From the NCBI GenBank assembly GCA_965242865.1, contig CBDETK010000013.1, positions 4,064,001 to 4,128,000 on the forward strand: a stretch of 64,000 nucleotides of DNA, in the 5' to 3' direction. Under the pieces are notes generated by a model, which was not told where the DNA came from, searched no databases, and saw only the letters and a program-made list of their open reading frames with translations. Position 1 is the stretch's first letter. Every line of letters starts with the position of its first letter. The position numbers were made by a program, and so were the translations under genes. Shown in pieces: positions 19,062-31,925 of the stretch. This DNA is from Candidatus Latescibacterota bacterium (GTDB lineage: Bacteria; Latescibacterota; UBA2968; UBA8231).

Positions 19062-20843
19062 CTAGCCCTGTACCGGCTGCAAGTTGAGCAACACCAACAG
19101 CCACACCCGGTGCCAATAGGCGCTGTTGATGTACGGGCTGTATTCCGAGGGCCAGTTGCGCCAGTAGGTTTGGTTGTGCGGAATGCGGTGATACCACTGT
19201 AAAATCGGGATCGACGGCAGCTCGGCGAGCCAGATTTCCATGGCTTGGCGGTACAATTGCACTAGCTGGGGATCGCGCGGCGCGACGGCCGCCATTTGAT
19301 CGACGATCCGGTCGAATTCCTCGTTCTGCCAGCGCCAGAAGTACTCGGCCGGCTGGCCGGTGGGCTGCACGAAGCGGCTGTGGTAGAGCCGCAGCGTAAA
19401 GTATGGGTCGCGCACGCTGCCGCCGTGCCCATTGATAAAGGCGCGGGCCGTGCCGTGCGACATGCGGGTATAGCTATCTGGGGTGTTGCGGAAGTCCGCG
19501 TTAAAACCCGCGCGCTCTAGTTGCGCGACTAGGACCGGCGTGATGTCTTGGAAAATCGGGAAGATGTTGATGACCATCTTGAATGGCTCGCCATCTTTGG
19601 TCCAATAGCCGCCTTCGGGCCGCTGCCAGCCCATTTTCTTCATCAGGGCCGCGCTCTTGGCCAAGTCAAAAACCCCGATCTCGTACTGCTCCAACAAATC
19701 TTCAACCTCGCTGAAGTACGGCCGGAGCGCGGGATACGCGGGAAAGGGCAAGAGCGTTGAGGTGCCCGCGCCCTGCCAGCCGACCTCCACGAGTTGGTCG
19801 CGGTCAATGGCAAAGTTGATCGCGCGGCGCACGTTCACGTCTGAAAAGGGGGCCTCTAGGTTGTTAAAGCCCAGCGAAATGGGCCAGAAGTCAATGTAGC
19901 CGTATGGCGGCGTGCGCCCGGTCCACGTGGTCACGCGGGGGTTGCGGTCGAGCACGGTCAGGATGTTGGGCGGTCGGAGATCCAGGGCGGTGTCTATGTC
20001 GTTGGCGATTAGACTCTGGACGCGCTTGGCTTCCTCCATATAAGGCAGGTAGATGATGCGCTCGACTTTGGGCAGGGATTGGAAGCCAATGGCCGCGGCC
20101 CACCACTCGGGACGCAAGTCCCATATCCGCTGCTGCGGCGTGGATAACACCAGCTTGTAAGGCCCGGAAGACACGGGCCAGCCCTTTTGCGGGTCGAAGT
20201 TTTCAAAGGTGTCAGGCACCTGCCCTTCCCACACGTGCTTGGGCACAATCGGCACCCCATTGCCGAAGTTGTGGGTGAAATACGAAAATACAAAGCGCGG
20301 GTTGGGCGCCGTCAGCGCAAGGCGCGCCGTCAGGCTATCGACCGCCACGGCCTCCTGAACCCAATTTTTTATGTCGGTCGAATAGGACAAAAGGGGCGCG
20401 TTGTCCTTGAGCATGTTGATCGTAAAGACCAAATCGTGCGCTGTCCACGGCATGCCGTCGCTCCACGTGACCCCCGGGCGAATGGCGATTTCCACTTCGG
20501 TATAGGCGTCGTTGAAGCGGTGCTTGGTGGCGATCCAAGGAATCAGCTTGCCGTCGAAGGCATTGTAAAAGTACAGCGGCTCAAAAACGAAATTGTACCC
20601 GGTGCGCGAAGTGGTTTCCACCAGATAGGGGTTGAACGAGTTATAGTCTTTGATTTGCCCGGCGCACGTGCTGTTGTCCGCGCAATCCATGATCAAGGTC
20701 CGGTTCCGCGGAACCTCCACAAACGCCGATTGCTCGGCGTCCGCTGGCTGGCTGGCCGAGTCCGAAGGCTCTTGGTCGGAGGGGCTGTCGCCGCAGCCGC
20801 TGAGCAGCCACGCGCTGATCAATGTGCAAATGCTGCGTTTCAT
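19062..20843 (-). CDS. ABC transporter substrate-binding lipoprotein, family 5 (peptide/oligosaccharide)
   Basis: Lipobox LLSGC; IRPGVTWSDG.PWTAHDLVFT; SGPYKL; VRRAINFAIDR. Confidence 0.9.
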   Translation of the reverse strand: MKRSICTLISAWLLSGCGDSPSDQEPSDSASQPADAEQSAFVEVPRNRTLIMDCADNSTCAGQIKDYNSFNPYLVETTSRTGYNFVFEPLYFYNAFDGKLIPWIATKHRFNDAYTEVEIAIRPGVTWSDGMPWTAHDLVFTINMLKDNAPLLSYSTDIKNWVQEAVAVDSLTARLALTAPNPRFVFSYFTHNFGNGVPIVPKHVWEGQVPDTFENFDPQKGWPVSSGPYKLVLSTPQQRIWDLRPEWWAAAIGFQSLPKVERIIYLPYMEEAKRVQSLIANDIDTALDLRPPNILTVLDRNPRVTTWTGRTPPYGYIDFWPISLGFNNLEAPFSDVNVRRAINFAIDRDQLVEVGWQGAGTSTLLPFPAYPALRPYFSEVEDLLEQYEIGVFDLAKSAALMKKMGWQRPEGGYWTKDGEPFKMVINIFPIFQDITPVLVAQLERAGFNADFRNTPDSYTRMSHGTARAFINGHGGSVRDPYFTLRLYHSRFVQPTGQPAEYFWRWQNEEFDRIVDQMAAVAPRDPQLVQLYRQAMEIWLAELPSIPILQWYHRIPHNQTYWRNWPSEYSPYINSAYWHRVWLLVLLNLQPVQG

Positions 20844-20960
20844 AGGAGACCTCGCATCGATTTTGGGTGAGAGGATACCGACCGCGCCGATTGAGCGCGA
20901 TCAAATCGCCTCATGTTGGCCGCCAAAACGTATCAACATGTGTTGCAAGGGTCAACTAGC

Positions 20961-20989
20961 TTGAGCGAAGCCGCCCCCCCGCCTATACT
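20961..20989 (+). promoter_or_regulatory. Putative sigma70 promoter of the D-aminoacylase gene
   Basis: TTGAGC-17 nt-TATACT; spacer contains a C7 tract. Confidence 0.45.
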
Positions 20990-21033
20990 ACCCTTCATCC
21001 AATTCCAATGCTATTAACCTCCCGGAAAAGACC

Positions 21034-22644
21034 ATGTACGATCTCCTGATCCGCAACGCCGCGCTCCTCGATGGCAGTGGCCGGCCGGCCTTCCGCGGCG
21101 ATCTCGCCGTTGAGCAGGGCCGCATCGTGGCCATTGGCGACCTTGCCGTGGCCACGGCCCAACACGTCCTCAGCGCCGAGGGCCGCATCGCCTGCCCCGG
21201 CTTTATCGACATCCACACGCATTCGGACCTGACTATCGCGCTCGACGGCCGCGCCCTCAGCTCCTTAGCGCAGGGCATTACGACCCAAGTCATGGGCAAC
21301 TGCGGCGTCTCGGCCGCACCCACCCGCGACTACGAGCCGTACTACGGCCCGCTCGACCCGGCGATGACCCGGGGCTTGGAGTGCGACTGGACTCACTTCG
21401 GTGCCTATTTCCAGCGGCTTGAAGCCAGTGGGTTGGGCACGAATGCCGCGACCTTGGTCGGCCACGGCAATGTGCGCGTCGCCGCCATGGGCTACGACGA
21501 CCGGCCGCCGACTGCGGCTGAAATGGAGCAAATGAAGGCGCTGGTCGCCCGCGCCATGGAAGATGGCGCGATGGGGCTTTCGTCGGGCTTGGCCTACGCG
21601 CCCGGGCCGTATTCGACGCTCGAAGAACTGGTCGAATTGGGGAAGGTCGTCTCGGAATACGGCGGCATCTACACCTCGCACATCCGCAACCAAACCGAGT
21701 CGATTGCCCAAGCGGTCGGCGAGGTCATTGCCGTCGGGGAGCAAGCCGCGGTCGCAGCCCACGTCTCGCACATGCAGCCCGGTGCGCCGATGATCGGCGC
21801 GACCCGCGAGCTGCTCGCCGCGATGGATCAGAAGCGCCGGGCGGGCTGCGACCTTAGCTGCGACGCCATTCCCTATACAATCGGCAGCACCACCCTCAAG
21901 TCGCTGCTGCCCCCTTGGGCCTTAGCCGGCGGCGACGCGGCCCTGCTGAGCCGGCTTCAAGACCCGGCGGTCCGCGCCAAAATTGAACAGGACACCATGC
22001 AGCACGGGGCCGAGAGCGGCGGCAGCCGCAAGCGCAACTTGGCGCGGGCTGGGCAATGGGACAAAATTTGGCTGGGCAGTGCCGAGCGCAACGCCGACCT
22101 AGTCGGCCTGAGCTTTGCCGAGATCGGTCGGCGGCGCGGTCAGCCTCCTCACGACGCAGTCTGCGACCTGCTCGTCGAAGAAGGGGCACGGCCGTGGATG
22201 CTGGCCGAGGACGTGTCCGAAGAAGACTTCCTCAACATCGCTCGGCACCCGGCCGGCGGCGTCATCTCCGATGGCTTCTCGCTGGTGCCCGAAGGAACGC
22301 TGGCCGAGGGCAAGCACCATCCCCGGTCTTATGGGGCCTTCCCTTACTTCTTGCGTCGCTTCGTCCGCGAGCAAGGCGCGCTGCGCTGGGAAGCGGCCAT
22401 CCACAAGCTCACGGGCCATCCCGCCGCCCGCTTCCGCTTGCGCGAGCGCGGCCTCTTGCGCGAAGGCTACTGGGCCGACCTCGTGGTTTTCGATCCCCAA
22501 GCCATCGGCGAGTGCGCCGACTTTGCCGATCCCTACCGCTATCCGCAGGGCATTGACTGCGTAATCGTCAACGGACGAATCGCCATTGAACAAGGCGAAA
22601 TAGCCGACAGCCGCGCCGGCCAGATCGTCCGGGCCGCGCCTTGA
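21034..22644 (+). CDS. N-acyl-D-amino-acid deacylase (D-aminoacylase) family amidohydrolase
   Basis: PGFIDIHTHSD, GNCG, LVGHG.VR, GLSSGLAYAPG, HPRSYGAFP, GYWADLVVFDP. Confidence 0.9.
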   Translation: MYDLLIRNAALLDGSGRPAFRGDLAVEQGRIVAIGDLAVATAQHVLSAEGRIACPGFIDIHTHSDLTIALDGRALSSLAQGITTQVMGNCGVSAAPTRDYEPYYGPLDPAMTRGLECDWTHFGAYFQRLEASGLGTNAATLVGHGNVRVAAMGYDDRPPTAAEMEQMKALVARAMEDGAMGLSSGLAYAPGPYSTLEELVELGKVVSEYGGIYTSHIRNQTESIAQAVGEVIAVGEQAAVAAHVSHMQPGAPMIGATRELLAAMDQKRRAGCDLSCDAIPYTIGSTTLKSLLPPWALAGGDAALLSRLQDPAVRAKIEQDTMQHGAESGGSRKRNLARAGQWDKIWLGSAERNADLVGLSFAEIGRRRGQPPHDAVCDLLVEEGARPWMLAEDVSEEDFLNIARHPAGGVISDGFSLVPEGTLAEGKHHPRSYGAFPYFLRRFVREQGALRWEAAIHKLTGHPAARFRLRERGLLREGYWADLVVFDPQAIGECADFADPYRYPQGIDCVIVNGRIAIEQGEIADSRAGQIVRAAP

Positions 22645-22750
22645 GTTGCGCTTCACAAGAAGGAAAAGACCTGCGGGAACCCCTTCGTGTCTGTCTCTCC
22701 ACTTGTGCATGTATGTGAAAGAAATGGGGACCGGGGTGCCAGTAGTCGCT

Positions 22751-24331
22751 TCACGTACTCTCCACCTCAAAGGCGGCTACGGAGCGGGTCTCTCGGCTGA
22801 ACTCCACTCCAATCAGGAAGATCTCCTCGCCGCGCCCGCGATACTTGGCCGCATAGTCCCGCTCCTTCAATTGCTGGATCGCCGCCCCCGCCGACGCCTG
22901 CTCCATCACCTTGAACTCGAACAGGTACACGTTTCCATTGAACTCCACCGCCATGTCGAGGCGTCCCTCCCGGCTGCTGTCCTCCACCGTGATCGACAGC
23001 CCCAACGACGCAAAGTAGGAATAGAAGACGCTGGCGTAATAGCCCTCGTAGTGGGCGATCTCATTATTCGTATGCCACTGATAGGGAATGCTGGCAAAGA
23101 ACGCCTCGAACAGCGTTTCCAAGCCGTCAAAGTCGTTGACCAGCAGCAGGTCGTACAACCGCGCATTGTGCTCAACTTGGCGCGACGGGTTGCCCGTCAG
23201 GTGACTCAGCAAGCTATCGTTCAGGCTTTGCTGCACCTCCCGGTTGGGGTAGCCCAGCCGGTAGTACATCCGCCCGCCGCGCAACTCGGCGCACCGAATG
23301 GTCAGGTAGCCGGTCTGGAACAACAACGCCTCGGTCGCAATGTGGTCCACGTCAAACGCCGACAGCAATCCCTCGCTGCTGAGCAGGCCATCCAACGACA
23401 AGGCACTGACTCCTCGTTCCAACAACATCTCCAGCAGAAACGTCGGCGTACCCGTCTCAAACCAGTAGGCCCCGAATCGACGGTTGTAGAACAGTAGCAA
23501 CACGTCAAAGGGGTTGTACACGGCTTCCTCGCCGAGCCAGTTGTAGCCGTTGTACCACGTGCGTATTTCATCTCGGTCCAGGCCGGGCAGTTCTGAGGCG
23601 AACACCGCGTCCAAGTCCGACTCGGTGTAGCCGCAAATGGCCGAGTAGTGCGGGTTTAGGGTGATGTCGATGAGGTTGTTGAGGCCGGAAAACAGGCTGA
23701 CCTTGGAGAATTTGCTCACTCCAGTGAGGAAGGTAAACGCGATGTGTGCGTCGCAGTCCTTAATGGTCGCGTACAAGTTGCGCAAGTAGTCGCGGTTGGC
23801 GCGAGCGACTTCTGGTTCCTCCAGCGCGTCTAGAATGGGCTTGTCGTACTCGTCAATTAGCACCGCCACCGGCTGGCCAGTCTGTTGATGCAGCGTCCGA
23901 AGCAAATGCCGGAAGTAAGCCGGGGCAGTGTCGCAGCTGTCCACTTTCTCCATCGTGCCTAACTGGGCCATCGCTTCCTTGTGCAGATTGCCCGGCTCCT
24001 TGAAATGGCCGCTGCCAAAGCTCAGCCGCAGCACCGGATGGCGCACCGACCAATCCCACTGCGGATAAATGGCCAGCCCCTTAAATAAAGGCTCGTTGCC
24101 CTCGAACAGTTCCTTGAGCGTATCGAGAAACAGGCTCTTGCCAAACCGACGGGGGCGCGACAGAAAGTAGTGCTTGCCTTCGGCGACTAGCCGCGCCATG
24201 TAAGCGGTCTTATCGACGTAATAGCAATTTTCTTCCCGAATCGTGCGAAAGGTCTGAATGCCGATGGGCAGTTTGCGCTTGGCGGTCCGGGACGAACCGG
24301 GTTTTACCTTTAGCATGGTCTTGCTCCACAT
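22751..24331 (-). CDS. AAA-ATPase-like protein with C-terminal PD-(D/E)xK nuclease domain
   Basis: LPIGIQTF, YYVDKT, SRPRRFGKSL, LIDEYDKP, YWFETGTP, GRLDM...FEFK; alternative start 24316. Confidence 0.9.
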   Translation of the reverse strand: MWSKTMLKVKPGSSRTAKRKLPIGIQTFRTIREENCYYVDKTAYMARLVAEGKHYFLSRPRRFGKSLFLDTLKELFEGNEPLFKGLAIYPQWDWSVRHPVLRLSFGSGHFKEPGNLHKEAMAQLGTMEKVDSCDTAPAYFRHLLRTLHQQTGQPVAVLIDEYDKPILDALEEPEVARANRDYLRNLYATIKDCDAHIAFTFLTGVSKFSKVSLFSGLNNLIDITLNPHYSAICGYTESDLDAVFASELPGLDRDEIRTWYNGYNWLGEEAVYNPFDVLLLFYNRRFGAYWFETGTPTFLLEMLLERGVSALSLDGLLSSEGLLSAFDVDHIATEALLFQTGYLTIRCAELRGGRMYYRLGYPNREVQQSLNDSLLSHLTGNPSRQVEHNARLYDLLLVNDFDGLETLFEAFFASIPYQWHTNNEIAHYEGYYASVFYSYFASLGLSITVEDSSREGRLDMAVEFNGNVYLFEFKVMEQASAGAAIQQLKERDYAAKYRGRGEEIFLIGVEFSRETRSVAAFEVEST

Positions 24332-24640
24332 CCCGGCCAGCGGATAAAGTGCCGGGGACGTATGGGACTTACAGCCGACAAGATAGACTACCAGACCTAC
24401 CCGTGCAAAGCGATGCGATGCGCTTCGTTGAGGCGAAGTGAGCCGCTCGGTGGCAATAGATCAATCGGTGCTATCGCCGCCGAGCCGGGAGCCGAGGTTG
24501 TTGTTCAGCAACACGCGCTAGGCAGGGGTGTTGGAACCTGTGAGATGGAGGCATGGCCCGACGCCCTTACAAGTCCTTCTATGTGGTAAAAGAGAACTTA
24601 CCTAAGAGGTGCGACAGATCACGTCGCAGGCAGAATTTTT

Positions 24641-24749
24641 CTGAAGGGATCGATTCTGCCAAGGGCGACTAGCTGACCGCGAATATCTGGAGCCGACAGA
24701 GCCGGTAGCTGAAGAGGACTGGGAACTGTTGAAGTGATTTTGGCTAGAT
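24641..24749 (+). pseudogene. Possible degraded antitoxin / PIN toxin junction
   Basis: LKGSIL, then a frame-shifting interruption, then EYLEPTEPVAEEDWELLK*; stop overlaps GTG ATT TTG (G) CTA GAT, like the MILLD start of VapC. Confidence 0.4.
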
Positions 24750-24772
24750 TGGGCACCTCTCACGCTTCGCCT

Positions 24773-25258
24773 TCATCCTGTATAACGCGCATGTATAACC
24801 ATGTATAACTGGTCGCTCACGTGGAACCCGGCGATGTCGCGCAAACGGTTTAGATGTCCTTTTACCGAATCTATGCAGCCCTTGCTCTTGGCCTCGATCA
24901 GTACTCCGACTAGCCCTGTATAGCGCAAGCCCAGATGTAGGGCTGTTTGTCGGCCTCGATGTTCGTCAAGCAAAAGTAATTCCGCCTCTGTTTCCAAAGC
25001 TAGGGCAATGGCTTCGGCTTCTCCTGAGCCTAAGTTTTCCTGTAGTACCCGAATCAAATGCTTGTTAGAAACGGTCCGCGTTTTAATCCAAGCCGCTTTT
25101 CTGACTTCGTTGGCGGCCGGCAATTCTGCGCCTTCTACGACAACTTCATGCTCTACAGCTTCTGGGATGACGAGTTCTCGGTAGAGTTGGTGTAGAAGTT
25201 CTAGTTCGCCTATCCGGGCCAAGCCGATGAGTGGAGAAGCGTTGCTCACCACACTCAC
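24773..25258 (-). CDS. DUF3368 / PIN-domain protein (putative toxin)
   Basis: VVSNASPLI, IPEAVEHE, LGSGEAEAIALA, LLLDE, TGLVGVL. Confidence 0.88.
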   Translation of the reverse strand: MSVVSNASPLIGLARIGELELLHQLYRELVIPEAVEHEVVVEGAELPAANEVRKAAWIKTRTVSNKHLIRVLQENLGSGEAEAIALALETEAELLLLDEHRGRQTALHLGLRYTGLVGVLIEAKSKGCIDSVKGHLNRLRDIAGFHVSDQLYMVIHARYTG

Positions 25259-26016
25259 AGACGACCAAGCTCCTTTAAGGTCGCCCGATCTTCCTCGTAA
25301 TCCTCCACGTCATAGTGGACAGGGATATTTCTGCTCCCGAGCATGAACTGGAAATCCCATGTGCGCATGTCGGCCATTTCTCGCGCTTTGCCGAAAGACA
25401 ACTTGCCTTGCTGAAACAGATAGACTGCTAGCTCTCGCTTCAATTCCTCTGGTGTCATATGCGTTGTATTGAGTACTTCACGCTGTATTTCTATGGGTAC
25501 AGTGGAAGGCATTATCTTGTAAGAGAAAAATTTAAGTGCGTCTGGCCAAAGCAATGCACCGTTGACCCCGCCAACACTTCCCCAATTCCATGTCCCGGAA
25601 CCTGTTCCACCTTGTAAATATAAAAACTCATGTACCTGCTCTCTATCACCGTTATGGATAAAGCTTTTCTTGAAATTTTTGGGATTAGGGACTTTATAAT
25701 CTACAAAAAGGATTTCTAGCCTGAGAGCGACAGGAGTCCAAGCATAATAGGAAAATCCCCAGACATCTTTCAATTCATAGAGTGATACATTGTTTGTCTC
25801 ACTTGGCTTTAGGTCAATTACGATAGTGTGCTGATCGGGCGATTTATTAGCTGCATTAAGCAAATCGGCAGCACTCAAATGCCACCCCCATTGCTCTTGC
25901 CCATTTAAGTGATCCTTTAAGGATCTAAAGATGAGGCCATTTTTATGACCTGCAATATGGATGTTCTGTAGATATGTATATTTATGGATGTTTTTTTTGT
26001 ATAGACGTAATGCCAT
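25255..26016 (-). CDS. Unknown AT-rich domain fused in frame to a UPF0175 family antitoxin
   Basis: Strong SD AAGGAGA before ATG 26016; last 85 aa from Met at 25512 contain ELAVYLFQQGKLSFGKAREMA; overlaps the PIN gene start by 4 nt. Confidence 0.7.
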   Translation of the reverse strand: MALRLYKKNIHKYTYLQNIHIAGHKNGLIFRSLKDHLNGQEQWGWHLSAADLLNAANKSPDQHTIVIDLKPSETNNVSLYELKDVWGFSYYAWTPVALRLEILFVDYKVPNPKNFKKSFIHNGDREQVHEFLYLQGGTGSGTWNWGSVGGVNGALLWPDALKFFSYKIMPSTVPIEIQREVLNTTHMTPEELKRELAVYLFQQGKLSFGKAREMADMRTWDFQFMLGSRNIPVHYDVEDYEEDRATLKELGRL

Positions 26017-26118
26017 TTTAATATCTCCTTTAACGTGAGTTCGGGAATGATCCATGCGAAGACACTAGACGCCCCTTGATGCAGCCCGACGATAGTTATG
26101 AAACCGCTTCACCCGGAT

Positions 26119-26260
26119 TTAGAATAGATATCCAATTCCTAAAGTGAATTCATTGGAACCCACGGTAGTAGCCTCTCCTTCTGCCCCAAAGACTTCGGCG
26201 ATGTCGAGGGCGTTGTCTTGAGACCAAGAGACGCCGTGCCGAATAAAGGCTATTTTATTC
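26119..26260 (-). pseudogene. Possible 3' remnant of an outer-membrane beta-barrel gene
   Basis: Ends GSNEFTLGIGYLF*, a beta-signal-like terminus; no credible N-terminus or signal peptide. Confidence 0.3.
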
Positions 26261-26442
26261 AACAGATAACCCGACGTGGCGCGGGTACTCTGTTTTGATG
26301 AAGGCAGAAGCAAAAATGTGTAAACCATTTTTAATGTCAAGAGTTTCTTGTCTCGTAACTAAAAAAAAGCTACCTGTTCTCAAAAGCAGACAGATCAGAA
26401 AAACCGCCTTTTGGACAAGCGCGAGCTAGCCCCTGCACCGCC

Positions 26443-26471
26443 TTGACAGCTATACTTATGTTCAGTATATT
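26443..26471 (+). promoter_or_regulatory. Putative sigma70 promoter for the nucleotidyltransferase-uvrA pair
   Basis: TTGACA-17 nt-TATATT, ending about 40 nt upstream of ATG 26511. Confidence 0.65.
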
Positions 26472-26510
26472 TTGTGCCGCGTACACGTTGATTTCCGCAC
26501 GGGAACCGCC

Positions 26511-27437
26511 ATGCAGGTCGTCCAAAAACGCTATCGCCGGGCACTTGACGCCTTGACCCAAAAGCTCCAGCAAGACCGCACGGTCTTGGCCGCCATCGTC
26601 TATGGCTCCTACTCGTACGATCAAGTTTGGGAGAAATCCGACATTGACTTGTGGATCGTCATGGCCGACGACCCCAAGGTGCGGCACTACAAGGACCACT
26701 GCCTCACCGAGGAAGGCGTCATCATCCACGCCAACCTCATCCCGCGAAAGCGGTTCCAACTAAACATAGAAGGCTCGCGTCAAGGCGGTTGGCTCGACTT
26801 TACCTTCGCGCACAGCAAACTCCTGTTCTCCAAAGACGAGTCCATTGCCGCGTGGTACAGAGACGCCGAGCGCATCGGCGCACGCGACCGCGACTACCAG
26901 TTGCTGCGGCGCGCCCTCCCGCTGTTGGCCACCTTGAACAAAGCCCAGAAGTGGTATCAGGTGAAGAAGGACTACGATTACAGCTTCCTGTGGCTGCTCA
27001 ATGTGGCCGACCAACTCGCCAGCGTCGAGTGCATCCTCAACGGCCAAGCCCCGGGCCGCGAGGTCATTCACCAAGCCCTCGCCTTTAACCCCGAGTTCTT
27101 CAACGCCATCTACACGGAGCTCATCGCCGCTCCCAAAAACGCCCGCACCCTCGCGGCAGCCCTCCAGCGCGTAGAGACTTACCTCGACGACCGCCTCTGG
27201 GACCTGTTCCGGCCCCTACTTGGCTATTTGGAGGAGGCCGAGGCCCTGCGCACCGTGTCGGAAATAGAGGAGCACTTCAAGCTGGAAGGCGCGGACTTTG
27301 CCTGCGAGTGGTTGGTTGAAAAGGGCTTGTTGCAAAAGATGTCGGCGCCGTTGCGCCTCACCGAAAAGAGCCGCACCGAGCTACAGGAAGCGGCCTATCA
27401 CTACGATGGCAACGGGTCCGATTGGGGCCTGCACTAG
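26511..27437 (+). CDS. Pol-beta superfamily nucleotidyltransferase domain protein with helical and winged-helix-like C-terminus
   Basis: AAIVYGS-x9-SDID signature; start moved to ATG 26511. Confidence 0.8.
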   Translation: MQVVQKRYRRALDALTQKLQQDRTVLAAIVYGSYSYDQVWEKSDIDLWIVMADDPKVRHYKDHCLTEEGVIIHANLIPRKRFQLNIEGSRQGGWLDFTFAHSKLLFSKDESIAAWYRDAERIGARDRDYQLLRRALPLLATLNKAQKWYQVKKDYDYSFLWLLNVADQLASVECILNGQAPGREVIHQALAFNPEFFNAIYTELIAAPKNARTLAAALQRVETYLDDRLWDLFRPLLGYLEEAEALRTVSEIEEHFKLEGADFACEWLVEKGLLQKMSAPLRLTEKSRTELQEAAYHYDGNGSDWGLH

Positions 27438-27447
27438 CGAGGGTACT

Positions 27448-30321
<2,874 letters not shown>

Positions 30322-30329
30322 GCTCCGGC

Positions 30330-30845
30330 TCAAGTTTCAGACAATCGCGGCATCAGATCGACGAGGTTGCAGGGCTGGTTGGTGGAGTCTAGCTGCGGCC
30401 CGATGAGCTTATCCCAGCCGGTGGCACACGCCCCGGACGAGCCGGGCAGGCAGAAGATGTACGTGCCATTGGCCACGCCGGCCACACAGCGCGACTGCAA
30501 GGTCGCGGTGCCGATCTCCTCGTAGGAAAGCACGCGAAAAACCTCGCCAAACCCCTCGATTTCCTTGTCGAAGAGTACGCTGACGGCCTCGGGCGTGCCA
30601 TCGCGGCCGGTGAGGCCGGTGCCGCCGGTGGTGATGATGGCTTGGACGCGGGGCGCGGCGATCCACTGCGAGACTTGGGCGCGGAGCTGATAGATGTCGT
30701 CGGGCAGGATTTGCTTTTCGTGCAGGATGTGGCCAGCCGCTTCGAGGTGCTCGACTAGCAGCGTACCGGACTTGTCGGTTGCTTCGTCGCGGGTGTCGGA
30801 GACCGTGAGCACGGCGATGCACACGGGGATGCGGTCTTGGGTCAT
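30330..30845 (-). CDS. moaB: Molybdenum cofactor biosynthesis protein B
   Basis: AVLTVSDTR, DKSG, TTGGTGLTGRDGTPEA, LQSR, CLPGS; start moved to ATG 30845. Confidence 0.93.
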   Translation of the reverse strand: MTQDRIPVCIAVLTVSDTRDEATDKSGTLLVEHLEAAGHILHEKQILPDDIYQLRAQVSQWIAAPRVQAIITTGGTGLTGRDGTPEAVSVLFDKEIEGFGEVFRVLSYEEIGTATLQSRCVAGVANGTYIFCLPGSSGACATGWDKLIGPQLDSTNQPCNLVDLMPRLSET

Positions 30846-31678
30846 GGTGTACCTTTCGGTGAAGGGGCGATGAGTTCGATTTGGTAGAGCTTGGGCCACC
30901 GCTTGCCGGTGACGAAGAGCCGCTCGCCTTTGGGGTCGTAGGCGATTCCATTGAGCACCTCGGCGTTGGAACCGCGCCGGTCCTCGGCGCTTAACAGCCC
31001 GGTCAGGTCTATCCATCCCGCGACTTGGCCGCTCGTCGGGTCGATGCGGGCGATGGTGTCGGTCTGCCAGATATTGGCAAAGACTTCGCCGGCGATCCAT
31101 TCGAGTTCGTTGAGCCGAGCTACGGGGCGGCCCTGGGCTGCAACGGCAACCCGGCCCACCTCGGCAAAGGTAAATGGATCGCGGAAGTACAGGGTCGCGC
31201 TGCCATCGCTCATGATGAGTCGTTCGCCGTCGTACGTCAGCCCCCAGCCCTCGGTGGGATAGGTGAATTCCGCTAGCGGCGCGAACGAATCGAGCCGGTA
31301 GGCAAAGCCCTTGTTGGCCCGCCAAGTTAGCTGGAGGAGGCGATTGCCAAACAGGGCGAGCCCCTCGGCGAAGAAGCGGTCGTCTAGCTGGTGGACCTGC
31401 ACGACAGCCCCTGTTTCGAGCGCGACCTTGCGCAGGGACGACTGGCCGTACTGGCCGGTGCTTTCGTAGAGAAAGCCATCGTCGTAGAGCAGCCCTTGGG
31501 TAAAGGCCGCTGGATCGTGTGGAAAGGCGCGGACTACTCGGTAGGAATACGTGGGGATTTCAGCGGGCGGTTGCGGCTGGAGGGCCGCAGGTTTAGTGCC
31601 GTCGTCAGACGGCGCCAGACAACTGGCATGGGTCGCCAAGAGCAAAGCAATGGCCGTGGACTGTACCTCGCGGATCAT
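30842..31678 (-). CDS. Glutaminyl-peptide cyclotransferase (bacterial/plant type), probable lipoprotein
   Basis: PHDPAAFTQGL, ESTGQYG, FAEGL, QLTW, EGWGL, LNELE, VLNGIA, TGKRWP. Confidence 0.92.
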   Translation of the reverse strand: MIREVQSTAIALLLATHASCLAPSDDGTKPAALQPQPPAEIPTYSYRVVRAFPHDPAAFTQGLLYDDGFLYESTGQYGQSSLRKVALETGAVVQVHQLDDRFFAEGLALFGNRLLQLTWRANKGFAYRLDSFAPLAEFTYPTEGWGLTYDGERLIMSDGSATLYFRDPFTFAEVGRVAVAAQGRPVARLNELEWIAGEVFANIWQTDTIARIDPTSGQVAGWIDLTGLLSAEDRRGSNAEVLNGIAYDPKGERLFVTGKRWPKLYQIELIAPSPKGTP

Positions 31679-31925
31679 GTAGGGTAAAATACGGGGCGCG
31701 GTAGAGAGGGCAAGACGCGGGCGATTTGCTTGTCGGGGGGTGAGGCGTCGGTTAGAATTACGCAGGGAAAACGAGGAGACGGAGGTAGCGGACTTGACGA
31801 CGGATACAGGGGAGTTCGGCGCGGCAAGCGGTTTAGCCTGAGCCTGACCGCATCACCTGACGAATTTGGCTGAACCTACTTCTCAGAGATGAAATTATCG
31901 CAATATAAGCCTACCAAGAGGTCGT

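Noticed and set aside
30846-31325. Long N-terminal extension of MoaB
   Set aside because: Alternative frame of the glutaminyl cyclase gene; MoaB similarity begins at 30845.
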